Positions 17,898 through 28,161 of a stretch of 31,320 nt of DNA are shown piece after piece. The stretch is from the NCBI GenBank assembly GCA_050010515.1, contig JBEKKX010000028.1:1-31320 (forward strand). The letters are read 5' to 3'. The translations under genes and the position numbers were made by a program. Positions within the stretch are counted from its first letter, which is position 1. Every line of letters begins with the position of its first letter. The notes under the pieces are model-generated. The model was given only the letters and a program-made list of their open reading frames with translations. It was not told where the DNA came from and ran no database searches. Source of the stretch: Candidatus Bathyarchaeia archaeon (GTDB lineage: Archaea > Thermoproteota > Bathyarchaeia > Bathyarchaeales > Bathycorpusculaceae).

Positions 17898-18374
17898 ATG
17901 TTTATTGCCCCTTTCGTTCCAAGTCCAAACAGTGTTATAGAATATATGCTAAAGTTGGCTGATTTGAAGGCTGGCGAAGTATTGTTTGATATGGGTTCTG
18001 GAGATGGCAGAACCGTAATAATGGCGGCCAAAACTTTCGGTGCCCGAGGCGTCGGCATCGAGTTGCGTGAGGATTTGGCGAAAAAAGCGTTAGGTACTAT
18101 TCATGAGAATGGTCTTGAGGACAGAGTAACCATTGTGAATGGCAGCATGTTTGATGTTAACTTAACATCGGCTGATGTAGTTTACTTGTATTTGACGACA
18201 AGCGCAAATGAGAAAATCAGGCCTAAGCTTGAAAGCGACCTTAAAAAAGGCGCACGCGTGGTCTCGCATGACTACGAGATTATCGGTTGGCACCCGGAGA
18301 AAGTTGAGAATTTCTGTGAAAACCCCCAACTCGGCTATCCTTCCCACACAATCTATCTTTACAGAAAGCCATAG
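17898..18374 (+). CDS. Class I SAM-dependent methyltransferase, probable protein lysine methyltransferase (aKMT/FAM173-like)
   Basis: 158 aa; APFVPSP, DMGSGDGR, GIE, DVVYLYL, RVVSHDY motifs. Confidence 0.8.
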   Translation: MFIAPFVPSPNSVIEYMLKLADLKAGEVLFDMGSGDGRTVIMAAKTFGARGVGIELREDLAKKALGTIHENGLEDRVTIVNGSMFDVNLTSADVVYLYLTTSANEKIRPKLESDLKKGARVVSHDYEIIGWHPEKVENFCENPQLGYPSHTIYLYRKP

Positions 18375-18510
18375 TTTTTTCGCCTTGTTTATTCAGTAGA
18401 TTGTTAAGCCGTTTTTTTAAACGCCTTGTAACTCTCTTGCGGATTTACTGTTATTGGGAAAACATTTTTAATCTCTATTCTTCATGATTTCCAAAGAGTG
18501 ACCTCTAAAG

Positions 18511-19029
18511 ATGAAGTTTGTTCCATGGCAAAATATAGCTGACTGGCATTGTAAAGCATGTGGTTACTGCTGCAAACTCTACAGCGTGGTCTTAGGCTTC
18601 ACGGAATGGCTGCAATTAGCTAAAACTTTTGGCATGGAAACCACCGTGGCAGGCTTAGATCGCTTCTACATTAAACGTGCCAGCGACGGCTCATGCGCTT
18701 TCCTATGCAACCGCACAAACAACTACTACTGCGGACTGCAAAACATGAAGCCTGAAGCATGCAAACTCTGGCCCTTCAAAGTGCTTTCAGAACCAAAATA
18801 TGGAGAGCCAAACCAAGCAGCCTATGACTATGGAGGAATCCGACTGTACATTTACGGGGACACCATGTGCAGTGGCTTACGTTGTGGAACGCCAACATGG
18901 GACTTCCGTTACACCACCATAAAAGAATTCACAGAACTAGCGCTTGGAGTTAGGCAGGTACAGTATAAAACCACTAGACCTGTTGCGTTTAGGCCACAGC
19001 AACAATGGGGAAGACAACTATTCCCATAA
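18511..19029 (+). CDS. YkgJ-family (CxxCxxCC) cysteine cluster protein
   Basis: CKACGYCC, CAFL, C...KPEACKLWPF motifs. Confidence 0.85.
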   Translation: MKFVPWQNIADWHCKACGYCCKLYSVVLGFTEWLQLAKTFGMETTVAGLDRFYIKRASDGSCAFLCNRTNNYYCGLQNMKPEACKLWPFKVLSEPKYGEPNQAAYDYGGIRLYIYGDTMCSGLRCGTPTWDFRYTTIKEFTELALGVRQVQYKTTRPVAFRPQQQWGRQLFP

Positions 19030-19179
19030 AAAAGGCCTTTTTTAAGAGTTAGTTACGTTTATTTAAAGAGGGAACCGTTTTAAGTATTGGATTTCCCGCT
19101 TGTCTCAATTAGGTTATTAAGCGGGTTTTAAACTCTTAACCAGCAAAACTAATCCGTTAACAAGTGAGGTGACTGTTGT

Positions 19180-19962
19180 ATGCCCAAAGCTAAGGTTGGC
19201 GTTTCAATGCTCTACTGCCTAAGTGAGCCATTCAATCGGATGGTTAAGCGTTTAAACAGCATGAACACACGTACCATTGAAGTTTTAGACGAGGGCACGC
19301 ATGAACTTGACAAAAAACGCGTCGCTACCCTCAAGGAAGCAGCAAAATCATACAGTTTAGAGTATTCGTTGCATGCGCCCTTCGCTGACATCAACATCGC
19401 TTCCCCATCCAAACCAATGCTAAACACCGCAATAAAACGCCTCAAACAATCAATGGCTTTTGCTAACGCGTTGGATGCTAAGGTTTGGGTTTTTCATCCT
19501 GGAACGCAAACAGGCATAGGCCAATTCTATCCTGGTGCGGATTGGAAACAAAACAGCCTAAGCATTCAAGAACTCTATCAGGCAGCGGAAGAATACGGGT
19601 TAAATATTGCTTTAGAGAACTTGCCGGGAAAGTATTGGTTTTTAATGAATAAGCCAGAAGAATTCACGCGATTTTACCGTGAAACCAACCTGCCAATCGG
19701 CATCGTCATGGACCTTGCCCATGCAAACTTGGAAGCCCAAATAGAGCCATTCTTCAATATGTTATCAGACAAAATCGTTCACATCCACGCCAGCGACAAC
19801 AACGGCATAGAAGACCAGCACCTAGGCATAGGAAAAGGCAAAATCGACTGGAACTGGTTCGCACAAACCCTGAAGAAAATGGGCTACGACAAATCTGTAA
19901 TCGTCGAATCCATAACCGATGTCCCAGAAAGCATCAAAAAACTAAAACAGCTCTTAGCTTAG
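19180..19962 (+). CDS. Sugar phosphate isomerase/epimerase family (xylose isomerase-like TIM barrel)
   Basis: SLHAPFADINIAS, FHPG, ALENL, DLAHA, HIHASDN, DQHL motifs. Confidence 0.85.
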   Translation: MPKAKVGVSMLYCLSEPFNRMVKRLNSMNTRTIEVLDEGTHELDKKRVATLKEAAKSYSLEYSLHAPFADINIASPSKPMLNTAIKRLKQSMAFANALDAKVWVFHPGTQTGIGQFYPGADWKQNSLSIQELYQAAEEYGLNIALENLPGKYWFLMNKPEEFTRFYRETNLPIGIVMDLAHANLEAQIEPFFNMLSDKIVHIHASDNNGIEDQHLGIGKGKIDWNWFAQTLKKMGYDKSVIVESITDVPESIKKLKQLLA

Positions 19963-20882
19963 CTCTCGTTAAGCGGCAGTTCCAGCTCCATAAAATCCTC
20001 TGCTAATATGCTATTCGCAAAGACCTTTTTCGCCTGCTCCAAAAGCAAAGTGGCATCGGGATACCTTGCGCTAATATGTGTTAAAACCAGCCGCTTCGCA
20101 TTAGCTGCCTTCGCTTCCTGCGCCGCTTGGCTTGGCGTTGAATGTCCATCCACAGCCGCTTTCTCGGCTAGTGAATCGTCAAAGGTGCTCTCATGAATAA
20201 CTAAGTCTGCATCTGCCGCAAACTTTGCAAACGCTTCGAACGGTCTTGTGTCGCCTGTGTAAACAATTTTTCGTCCAGCTCGAGGCGGCCCCATAACGTC
20301 GTTTGGCTTAACCACTCTGCCGTCTGGCAGCGTGATTTCTTCTCCGCTCTGAAGCTTGGACCATAATTCACCTTTGATAACTCCGAGTGCTTGAGCTTTT
20401 TTGGGGTAAAACTTTCCAGGGCGCGGCTTTTCCACAAATGCGTAAGCGTAACTGTCTACGGCATGGTTGGACCTGGCGGCTGTTAGAGTGTAGTCTTCTT
20501 CATCTAGAATTGTGCCTTCGCTTAGAATTTCGTTGATTTCAACCGGGAACGTTAAGCCAAAATTGAGGGTCTCTTTGGTGCAAACCAGAAAATCCTTAAT
20601 CCCAGGTGGCCCGTACACAACAACTGGTTCTTTGCGGTCCATCAGTGCCATTGTCTGCAAAACGCCTGGTAAACCCAACACGTGGTCCCCATGCAAATGG
20701 GTGAGGAAGACTTTTAGTTTTTTGTGGAAGCTTATTTTTGCCTGCATCATTTGCCGCTGCGTGTTTTCGCCGCAGTCAAACATCCACAGCTCCTTTGGGC
20801 ATTGGACAACGACAGATGGCAAGCTCCGCTTTAGGGTTGGTACGCTGCCGCTTGTTCCCAAAAACACCACGCGAATACTCAC
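19959..20882 (-). CDS. rnz: Ribonuclease Z
   Basis: FLGTSGSVPT, FDCGE, THLHGDH, GP-rich exosite, YTGDT, HEST, HST, LTHISARY motifs. Confidence 0.95.
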   Translation of the reverse strand: MSIRVVFLGTSGSVPTLKRSLPSVVVQCPKELWMFDCGENTQRQMMQAKISFHKKLKVFLTHLHGDHVLGLPGVLQTMALMDRKEPVVVYGPPGIKDFLVCTKETLNFGLTFPVEINEILSEGTILDEEDYTLTAARSNHAVDSYAYAFVEKPRPGKFYPKKAQALGVIKGELWSKLQSGEEITLPDGRVVKPNDVMGPPRAGRKIVYTGDTRPFEAFAKFAADADLVIHESTFDDSLAEKAAVDGHSTPSQAAQEAKAANAKRLVLTHISARYPDATLLLEQAKKVFANSILAEDFMELELPLNES

Positions 20883-21090
20883 TTAGTTTTGCACCTTCTC
20901 GAACACTGTGATTTCCCTTGTAACGTTCTATATGCGTAGGCGAAATGGGACTCCACATGCCTATAGCCCAATGCTGTGCCTAACGCTTTAATGCTTAATG
21001 TTTTAGGCGAAGCAATACAAATTCCTTCCCTTCTCTATTATAGGTGAAACATAGTTTACTGTTTGTAAAGTGCTTTTAAAAACAATTAAA

Positions 21091-21320
21091 GTATGTATTT
21101 AGCTCTCGTTTTTTGTCTCAGGGTATTTGTGTGTGCACAAGCTACCTCCTCGGTCTACTAGATGCGCCTAATATGCCCCAAATATGATTCAACATAGATG
21201 TGCATAGAACTAAGACCGCGCACTTTGCATGCAAAACAGTACTTTTCAACATAGAAAAAGCTGTTTTTTGATGTAGAAAAAAAGCACTAAAAAAAGAAAA
21301 AACAAGAGCTAAATATACAC
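21091..21320. mobile_element. Candidate 230-bp MITE
   Basis: 24-bp terminal inverted repeats (21/24 match) at 21091-21114 and 21297-21320, flanked directly by AATTAAA on both sides; no ORF of 60 aa or more inside. Confidence 0.45.
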
Positions 21321-21350
21321 AATTAAAAAAAGGGAATAGTGGATGTGCTT

Positions 21351-24300
21351 TTACTTTGTTTTAGTTTCTGGCGTCTTAGGCGCAGTTGAATCCAGTTTAA
21401 TAATGTAGTTCGTGTTATTTTTCACTGGAACGGATGCTGGTATTGAAGTGTTGTATCCTGTGGCGTTGGCTTTGATTGTGTAATCGCCTTTTTGTACGTT
21501 GCTGAAAATGATTTGTCCCTGGCTTCCAGTAGTGCCTGTCAAAGTTTTCGGGCCAGTGGCTGAGACAGTTGCTCCAGAAATGGGCGAGTTCGTTTGTGAG
21601 TTTTGCACTGTTACTGTAAGGTTGCGGTGGCGTCTGTACCATGCAAGGATTATGAGGATCAACACTATGATGATGACGATGACCACTATGACCCAGTCAA
21701 CTGGGCCGAAAACGAATGCTGCTGCAGTTGCTGCTGGCGTTAGCGTTGGAGTTGGCGTTGGCGACGCAGTAGGAACTGGAGTGGGCTTTGCAGTAGGAAC
21801 TGGAGTGGGCTTTGCAGTAGGAACTGGAGTGGGCGCCGCAGTGGGAACTGGCGTTGATGTTACAGTGGCCGAAGCCGTGACAGCCGCAGCGGTAGACTGA
21901 GCCGAAGTCGCGCCTGAACTGTCAGTAACCGTCGCAGTAATCGAGTAAGAACCCGCGGAAGCAGGAGAATAACTAAACGTTGACGCAGTCTGACCTGACT
22001 GAGCAACTCCATTCACATACCACTGATAACTTGTGTAAGACCCTGAACCGCCGCTAGGAGTAGCAGTAAACAGTTGAGACTGCCCAACATTCAAAGTCGC
22101 AGTTCCAGGAGAGACAGTAACAGTCGGAGCAGCAACATTCACCGTAACCGAAGCCGCTGCAGACGTAACCACAACCGCGGTAGTGGCGCTGTCAGTCACT
22201 TGAAGCTCAAAACTCCAAACACCCGTAGCCGTAGAACCAGAAGTAACAAAAGAAAAGCTTGCTGAATTCGTACCGACATCAACGTATGAACCGCCAGGAG
22301 CCTTCTCAAACCATTGATACGTGTAAGGAGAAGTACCCGTAGACACAGCAGTAGAAGTCAAACTGCTAGTCTGACCTTGATCAACCGTGCCAGGAGTAGG
22401 CGTCACGGTTGGAGCAGCCAACGCAGGGTTCACCGTTACTGCAACACTGGATGAAGTTGCAGTTGCCGCTGGAGTCGCAGAGCCTGTTCCCGTATCTGTG
22501 AATACTACGTAGATTCCAGTGTCTGAGGCTGCAGGAGCATATGTAGCAGTTGTTCCCGTTCCAGATGCGCCTGATATGCCTGATGGATTGCTACTATCAT
22601 ACCACTGCCATGAAAATGACCCAGTTCCACCAGTCACCGTAGACGATATTGACTGCCCACTGTCTATGGCTGCAGAAGGCTGCACAGATATTGAAGGCGC
22701 AGAGTCCACAGTAACCGATGCAGCATTTGATGGAACCGAAGTCGCACTTAAACTGTCAGTAACCTTCACGGTAATCGAGAAAGTGCCTGCATTTGGAGAC
22801 CCCCAAGTCATCGTTGACGCCGCTCCAGACTGAGCTAATTGCCCATTCACATACCACTGGTAACTTGTGTAAGTGCCTGAGCCGCCGCTGGGCGTAGCAG
22901 TAAACAGTTGAGATTGACCAACATCCATCGTAAACGGACCCACAGGAGCAACACTGACAGTAGGCGAAGTATTCACAGTAACGGATGCAGGGGTTGACTG
23001 TGACGAAGTGGTTCCTGTGTTGTCAGTGACAGTCACAGCTATTGAATGTGAACCTGTTGTTGATGGCGTGTAGCTGAAGCTTGCTGAGGCTGTGCTGCCT
23101 TGTGATGCGCTATCCACGTACCATGTGTAGCTGGTGTAGGTGCCAGAGCCGCCCGTTGCCGTAGCAGTAAACGATTTCGATTGGCCTATGTCCATTGTCC
23201 AACTTGTCGGGGAAAGATTCGCTACTGGAACGTTTGGCGAGACGTATGCGAGCACTTGGCCACCGTAAACGATGTATAGTATGCCGTTTACAACGGGGGT
23301 TGAACTGAAAAGCTGGTATCCGGCGTTTAGGTGCCAGAGTTCTAATCCTGATGTCACGTTAATGGCTTCAAGGCGGTAGGAGTAATAGCCGTTAAATCCC
23401 AAGTACAGTACGTTGCCTGCAATTACTGGAGAGCACCAGGTGCCGTAACCCTGCCCAGTGGGCAGTGAGTAATTCCATACGCTGGCCCCCGTCGCAGCGT
23501 TGACAGCGTAGATGTTGCCGTCCCATGAACCGAAGTAAACCACTCCTGCGAAAACAGCTGGAGTGGAATCGATTGATCCGCCGGTTGTAAAGTTCCATAA
23601 TGATAGCCCTGTGGTAGCGTTGAGAGCGTAGAGGTTCTTGTCCCATGAACCGAAGTAGACTATGCCGTTGCTTACAGTTGGAGAACCATAGTTGTTGCCG
23701 CCTGTGGTATAGTTCCACAATTCATTTCCAGTCGTGGCGTTAAAGGCGAAGAAATTCGGCACCGAGTTGAGAGTGGCATAGAAGGTTACGTAAACGATTC
23801 CGTTAGCGACACCTGGAGCACAGTAAGTACCCCAACCGCCCACTCCCGTTGAGCAATTCCACAGCTGAGCCCCCGTCATCGCGTTGAAAGCAAATACGAC
23901 GCTTTGGCCGTCGCCGATATAGAGGACATGCCCACAACAACTGGGCTTCCAGCGAAATCGTCGCCTGTAATGGAGTAGTCCCATATTATTTGACCTGTGT
24001 TTTCGTTGAAGGCGTAAATGGTTCCGTTCAGTGATCCATCATAGACCATACCGTTTGCGACGGCGGGAGCACCGCGGAACTCGTAATTGTCACCTTCATT
24101 GAAGGCCCAAACTGTCGCTCCATTTGATGCGTTGAAAGCGTACAGGTGACCATCGTCGCCCATAAAAACTAGGCCGTCGGCAATTGTGGGTGAACCTCTG
24201 CCGCCGATAATATCAAGGTTGGCGTGCCACAGCTGGATTGGAGAGGCTGTTGGTCCTGCAGTAGCGGTGTATCCTGAGTTGGTTGCATCATGCGCGAACA

Positions 24301-25354
24301 TGGGCCAGTCCGAGGGCACGCTTATCACCGACACCGAGTTGCCTCCGTTATTTGCAACGTAGACATATGGGCAGTTATTCGGTGCAACCACGCCCCAAGG
24401 GGCGTTTAAACCTAAACCGGTTATCGTGTCCACCACTGTGTTCGTAACCGTGCTTATCACCGCAACTTCATTATCGCCGTAAATTGGAACATAGACATAT
24501 GCGCCGTCGGGTGTTACAGCAAGAGAGTGACCTTGACTTAAACCGGTTATCGTCGCCGTAATCGGATTCGAACCCGTGCCTATCAACGAGGTTTGTATCA
24601 CCGAGACCGTGCCCGTGGCGCTATTCTCAACATAGGCGTGTGAACCGTCGGGCGTTATAGCCACACCCCAAGGGTCGTGGTCAAAACCGCTTATCGTCGC
24701 AATCACATTGTAGGGGCTAGCCGTACTAAACACCGTGACCGAGTTGCTGCCTTGATCTGCGACATAGGCAAGTGAACCGTCGGGTGTTATGGTTATATCG
24801 CGAGGCCGGCTTAAACCAGATACACTCCCCACCTGTGTGTAGCTAGTCGTATTGAACACCAAGACCGAATCGCCCGTTACAACAAAGACGTCACTACCAT
24901 CGTGCGATACAGCCACACCCCACGGGGAGTTGCCAATAAGTGTTGAGGTTTCGATTTGCGTCACCGTATTCGCAGTCGTGTCTATCATGTAGAGCCCTCC
25001 GCCGCTTTCACCTTCGGGGTCAGTTGTAACATAGACATCATGGTCGTTGGGCATGGCCACGCAATCAGGATAGCCATCGGTTACATTAAACGTCGTCACG
25101 GTATTATCGGATGTCCGTATCACCGAGACCGTGCCCCCAGTACTCGAAGCAGTGCCCCCCTGAATCGCAACAGCAACGTATGCACCGTCGGGCGATGCAC
25201 CCATTCCGCGAGGCCCAACGGCCGGAGCTCCAACGGATATCGGGTTCGTAAACGCTCGCACCGGCTGGGGCAATAATGCTAAAGAACTAAACAAGAAGAA
25301 GATGGCGAGAAAGATGCAGCCAACTCTCAAAGTTTTTGTCGTCTCATGCTTCAT
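21351..25354 (-). pseudogene. Large cell-surface protein (signal peptide, YVTN-type propeller, PQQ-like propeller, PKD/Ig-like repeats, PT linker, TM, C-terminal beta-sandwich) split by a 1-nt frameshift near 23928
   Basis: ORFs 23876..25354 and 21351..23984 join inside one PQQ repeat: ...FAGSPVVVG / (N)VLYIGDGQ...; compare intact SPVIAGNVLYLG downstream; repaired length ~1334 aa. Confidence 0.8.
21766..21851 (-). repeat. 24-bp tandem repeat, about 3.6 units, encoding a (PTPVPTAK)n linker
   Basis: gcagtaggaactggagtgggcttt twice exact, plus two variant or partial units. Confidence 0.9.
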
Positions 25355-25670
25355 GCTTTCGCCTCACCAGTCAAACCCTGCGCTGATGTCAACGAAATGC
25401 TCGTAGCGTGAGCGAAAATTATGTTAACTAATGCTCCTTCTCCCCGTAACCTGCCCATTGTATAAACGCCGGTTTTATCTTTTTGGGGCTAGATGTATTT
25501 AGCACTTGCTATCGATTCTCTAATGCACCCATTAATTAAGGCGCCCTTCGTTAACGTGGGCGAAAAGAAGAATAAGAGATAATTTGAAAAGAATAAATAA
25601 GAACTTCACATAGCACACGAGCTTAACTTATTAAAGTGTCATGCATGATTTTTTTTAAAACAAGAAACAG

Positions 25671-26744
25671 CTATTCCTTTTCGTAAACCAATACTTCGCG
25701 TGTTAATGTTCGGTGAACAAAGACTTTATGCGATTCTATTGTGCGGTATCCAAGTTTTTTAACAAAACTGCTTATCTCGGCAGATAACTGCTCAGTTTTG
25801 CCTTCTCCGTTTACCCTTATGGGAAGGGCTATACAAATCCGTTGCCCCGCCCCCAGCAAGTCATGCGCTGAAGCCAAAACTTCTTGTACCAGCTGCTTAG
25901 TCGTGGACCTAAGCGTGCTTGATGAACGTCCATAAGGCGGGTCGGTAACAACGCAATCAACCCTAGTGAAGGGCAACTGGCGTGCGTCAGCCCAGATTAA
26001 CCCTTCAGGCAAGATATTGAAGTGCCGCAGGTTTTTTTGGCAACCCAAAATCATCCTCCTTTGAGCATCAACCCCTAACGCTCGGCAACCGATGTAGGTC
26101 GCTTCAATAAGCGAAGTGCCTGTGCCACAGAACGGGTCCAGCACCAAATCTTCCGTTTTCGCATGCGCCAAATTCACCATGCAACGGGCAAGCTTCGATG
26201 GCATCGCGGACGGGTGGAAGAACGGTTTTTTTCGTGGCCTGCGCTCAGAGAATGTTTTGGTCTGAATTTCTGTAAGCTTTAAGCCGAAAACGAGTTTTTC
26301 GTTGGTGACTATGCCTATGAAGGTTTTATCTGGACTTTTGAGGTTAACTTTTGTGGTTTCTGTGCGTTGCAGTATTATTTTGCCCAGTTTTCCCTCTAGC
26401 CTCATTGTGTTGATGGCTTGGTCAGCGTAGTTTTTTATGCGGTTTATCCGCACCGAGAAGCTTTCGCTGGGTTTTAGGACAGATTTGAAGTCTATGTTGC
26501 CTGCGGCTTCAGCGATGTCTGTTTCAGTGGCGTCTGATTTGAAGAGCTCCAAGGCGCAAAGTCTTGTGAACGCGGCTCTAACCTGCACCGTTTGGACGCT
26601 GCTTAACTCTGCTTCTAACCGTAAGGTCTGGTCGAGAACTTCAGTGTTCGCATATGGGTAGCCTTCGGCTTCCAGTATCGCTTTAACTTCCGCCGCAGGC
26701 AGAGACTCGCTTTCGCCTGATAGGAGGAAAAACAGTTTAGCCAA
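25671..26744 (-). CDS. THUMP-domain tRNA (guanine-N2) methyltransferase, Trm11/TrmG10 family
   Basis: FLLSGE, THUMP region, RRPRKKPFFHPSAM, LDPFCGTG, VTDPPYGRS, VHRTLTR motifs; TTG start. Confidence 0.88.
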   Translation of the reverse strand: MAKLFFLLSGESESLPAAEVKAILEAEGYPYANTEVLDQTLRLEAELSSVQTVQVRAAFTRLCALELFKSDATETDIAEAAGNIDFKSVLKPSESFSVRINRIKNYADQAINTMRLEGKLGKIILQRTETTKVNLKSPDKTFIGIVTNEKLVFGLKLTEIQTKTFSERRPRKKPFFHPSAMPSKLARCMVNLAHAKTEDLVLDPFCGTGTSLIEATYIGCRALGVDAQRRMILGCQKNLRHFNILPEGLIWADARQLPFTRVDCVVTDPPYGRSSSTLRSTTKQLVQEVLASAHDLLGAGQRICIALPIRVNGEGKTEQLSAEISSFVKKLGYRTIESHKVFVHRTLTREVLVYEKE

Positions 26745-27629
26745 CTATTTTTGCGCCCTAAGTTCTTGGCTTAAAAGCGGCGCCAACGAAACCTTGCTCA
26801 CACTGCCTGGTACGCTGTCGGTTCCCACGATTTCCTCCACGCCTGCGTCAAGTATGCGTTTTTCAGCGTCGCCAATGAGCAAACCGTGCACGCAAGCGCA
26901 GAAAACATGTTTGGTGCCCTGTTCGCGGAGAATTTTTGCTGCTCCCACGATGGTGCCGCCTGTACTGATGATGTCATCAAAAATGATTACGGTTTGGCCT
27001 TTAACGTTTAAGCCTTCAGCAGTCTGCTTGGTTTGTCCAGTGTAGCGGTCACGCTGCTTATCCAAATGCCCAGCATCGCCGCCTAAAACCGCTTGCGCCT
27101 GCTTAGCAATATACATCGCACCCTTGTCAGGCGACAATGCAAATGCGCCTTTGTAGCCTTTCTGCACAAAATACTGTGCCAAAAGCGGTATAGCGCTCAC
27201 TGTTTTAGCTGGAAACGGAAACTGCCCCAGCGCCTCCTCCGAGTGAACGTTAACGGTCAATAACTCTTCGACTCCAGCTGCCTTCAGCATCCGCGCCACA
27301 GTTTCAACGCTTATGCCTTCGCCCACTAGAAACATCTTGTCCTGCCGAGCATAAGCCAAATACGGCACAACAGCGGTCACTTTGACGGCGCCGCCTCGCT
27401 TTGCCGCATCAGCCATGAACGCTAACTGAAAAAGCTTCCCATCCTGCGCTGGCGGGCATGTTGTCTGCACAATAGCCACACTTTCGCCTTGAACGCTGCC
27501 TTCCAAACGAACATACGATTCCCCGTCAGGAAAAACCTTGGAAGCAACAGGAACATTCCCAAAGCCAGTTAACGCTGAAACCGCTTCAGCAAGCTCCTTC
27601 GACGCTGGACCACAGATAACCTTCAACAT
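26745..27629 (-). CDS. prs: Ribose-phosphate pyrophosphokinase
   Basis: FPDGESYVR, PYLAYARQDK, SPDKGA, DDIISTGGT motifs. Confidence 0.95.
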   Translation of the reverse strand: MLKVICGPASKELAEAVSALTGFGNVPVASKVFPDGESYVRLEGSVQGESVAIVQTTCPPAQDGKLFQLAFMADAAKRGGAVKVTAVVPYLAYARQDKMFLVGEGISVETVARMLKAAGVEELLTVNVHSEEALGQFPFPAKTVSAIPLLAQYFVQKGYKGAFALSPDKGAMYIAKQAQAVLGGDAGHLDKQRDRYTGQTKQTAEGLNVKGQTVIIFDDIISTGGTIVGAAKILREQGTKHVFCACVHGLLIGDAEKRILDAGVEEIVGTDSVPGSVSKVSLAPLLSQELRAQK

Positions 27630-27688
27630 TAACTCCTCTTTTCATTAAGAATGACAAGCTCAGGTTTTAAGGCTTTATCTCTGCAGAT

Positions 27689-27846
27689 TTAAGCAAGCTT
27701 TTCAGAGAAAATAATTATCGAGGCGTACAGATTTTTTGACCTACTTTCAATAGCTAAAAAGTAATCCCTTTTCCTCTTCTCATCAATTTAGATAGAGAAA
27801 TTCAACAACAAAATTGATACCCTACCCCGCCTCCTACGAACGGCAT
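27689..27846 (-). pseudogene. Probable decayed Fic-domain gene fragment
   Basis: Reads PFVGG-[frameshift]-GRVSILLLNFSI*IDEKRKRDYFLAIE, resembling the Fic motif HPFxDGNGRxxRLLxN and the following Y..A helix. Confidence 0.4.
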
Positions 27847-27851
27847 CGCTT

Positions 27852-28037
27852 TTAGCTATTAAAACGGTCAAGAAGCTTTGCTTTAACTTCCAGATAGCCT
27901 TCGATGGCTTCTTTGATGTTGCTTAAGGCGTCTTCTTTAGTTTCGCCTTCGCTTGCAACTGGAAGCTCCAAGCACTTGACAACAAAACCGCCTTCCTCGG
28001 CAGGTTCAAGTAAAACAGTGAATTTACGTGCAACCAT
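27852..28037 (-). CDS. HicB-like antitoxin (short form, no DNA-binding domain)
   Basis: 61 aa from ATG 28037; FTVLLEPAEEGGFVV..LP..SEGETKEDALSNIKEAIEGYL is a typical HicB fold pattern. Confidence 0.85.
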   Translation of the reverse strand: MVARKFTVLLEPAEEGGFVVKCLELPVASEGETKEDALSNIKEAIEGYLEVKAKLLDRFNS

Positions 28038-28161
28038 TAGGCAATCCCAGCATTGTACTTTATTTTGCAACTTGCATATGAACATATATGCATTAGTACA
28101 TTGTCGTTTGCATAACAGTTTTAAGCAATACTCAATTTTTCATTGGAAAGGGTTGAATTGT

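Noticed and set aside
23920-23945. Programmed -1 ribosomal frameshift or phase-variable tract
   Set aside because: No X XXY YYZ heptamer and only a 3-G run at the junction
27904-28161. N-terminal 86-aa extension of the LplA ORF
   Set aside because: Antisense to hicB; family similarity begins at MDTWRLL (28162)
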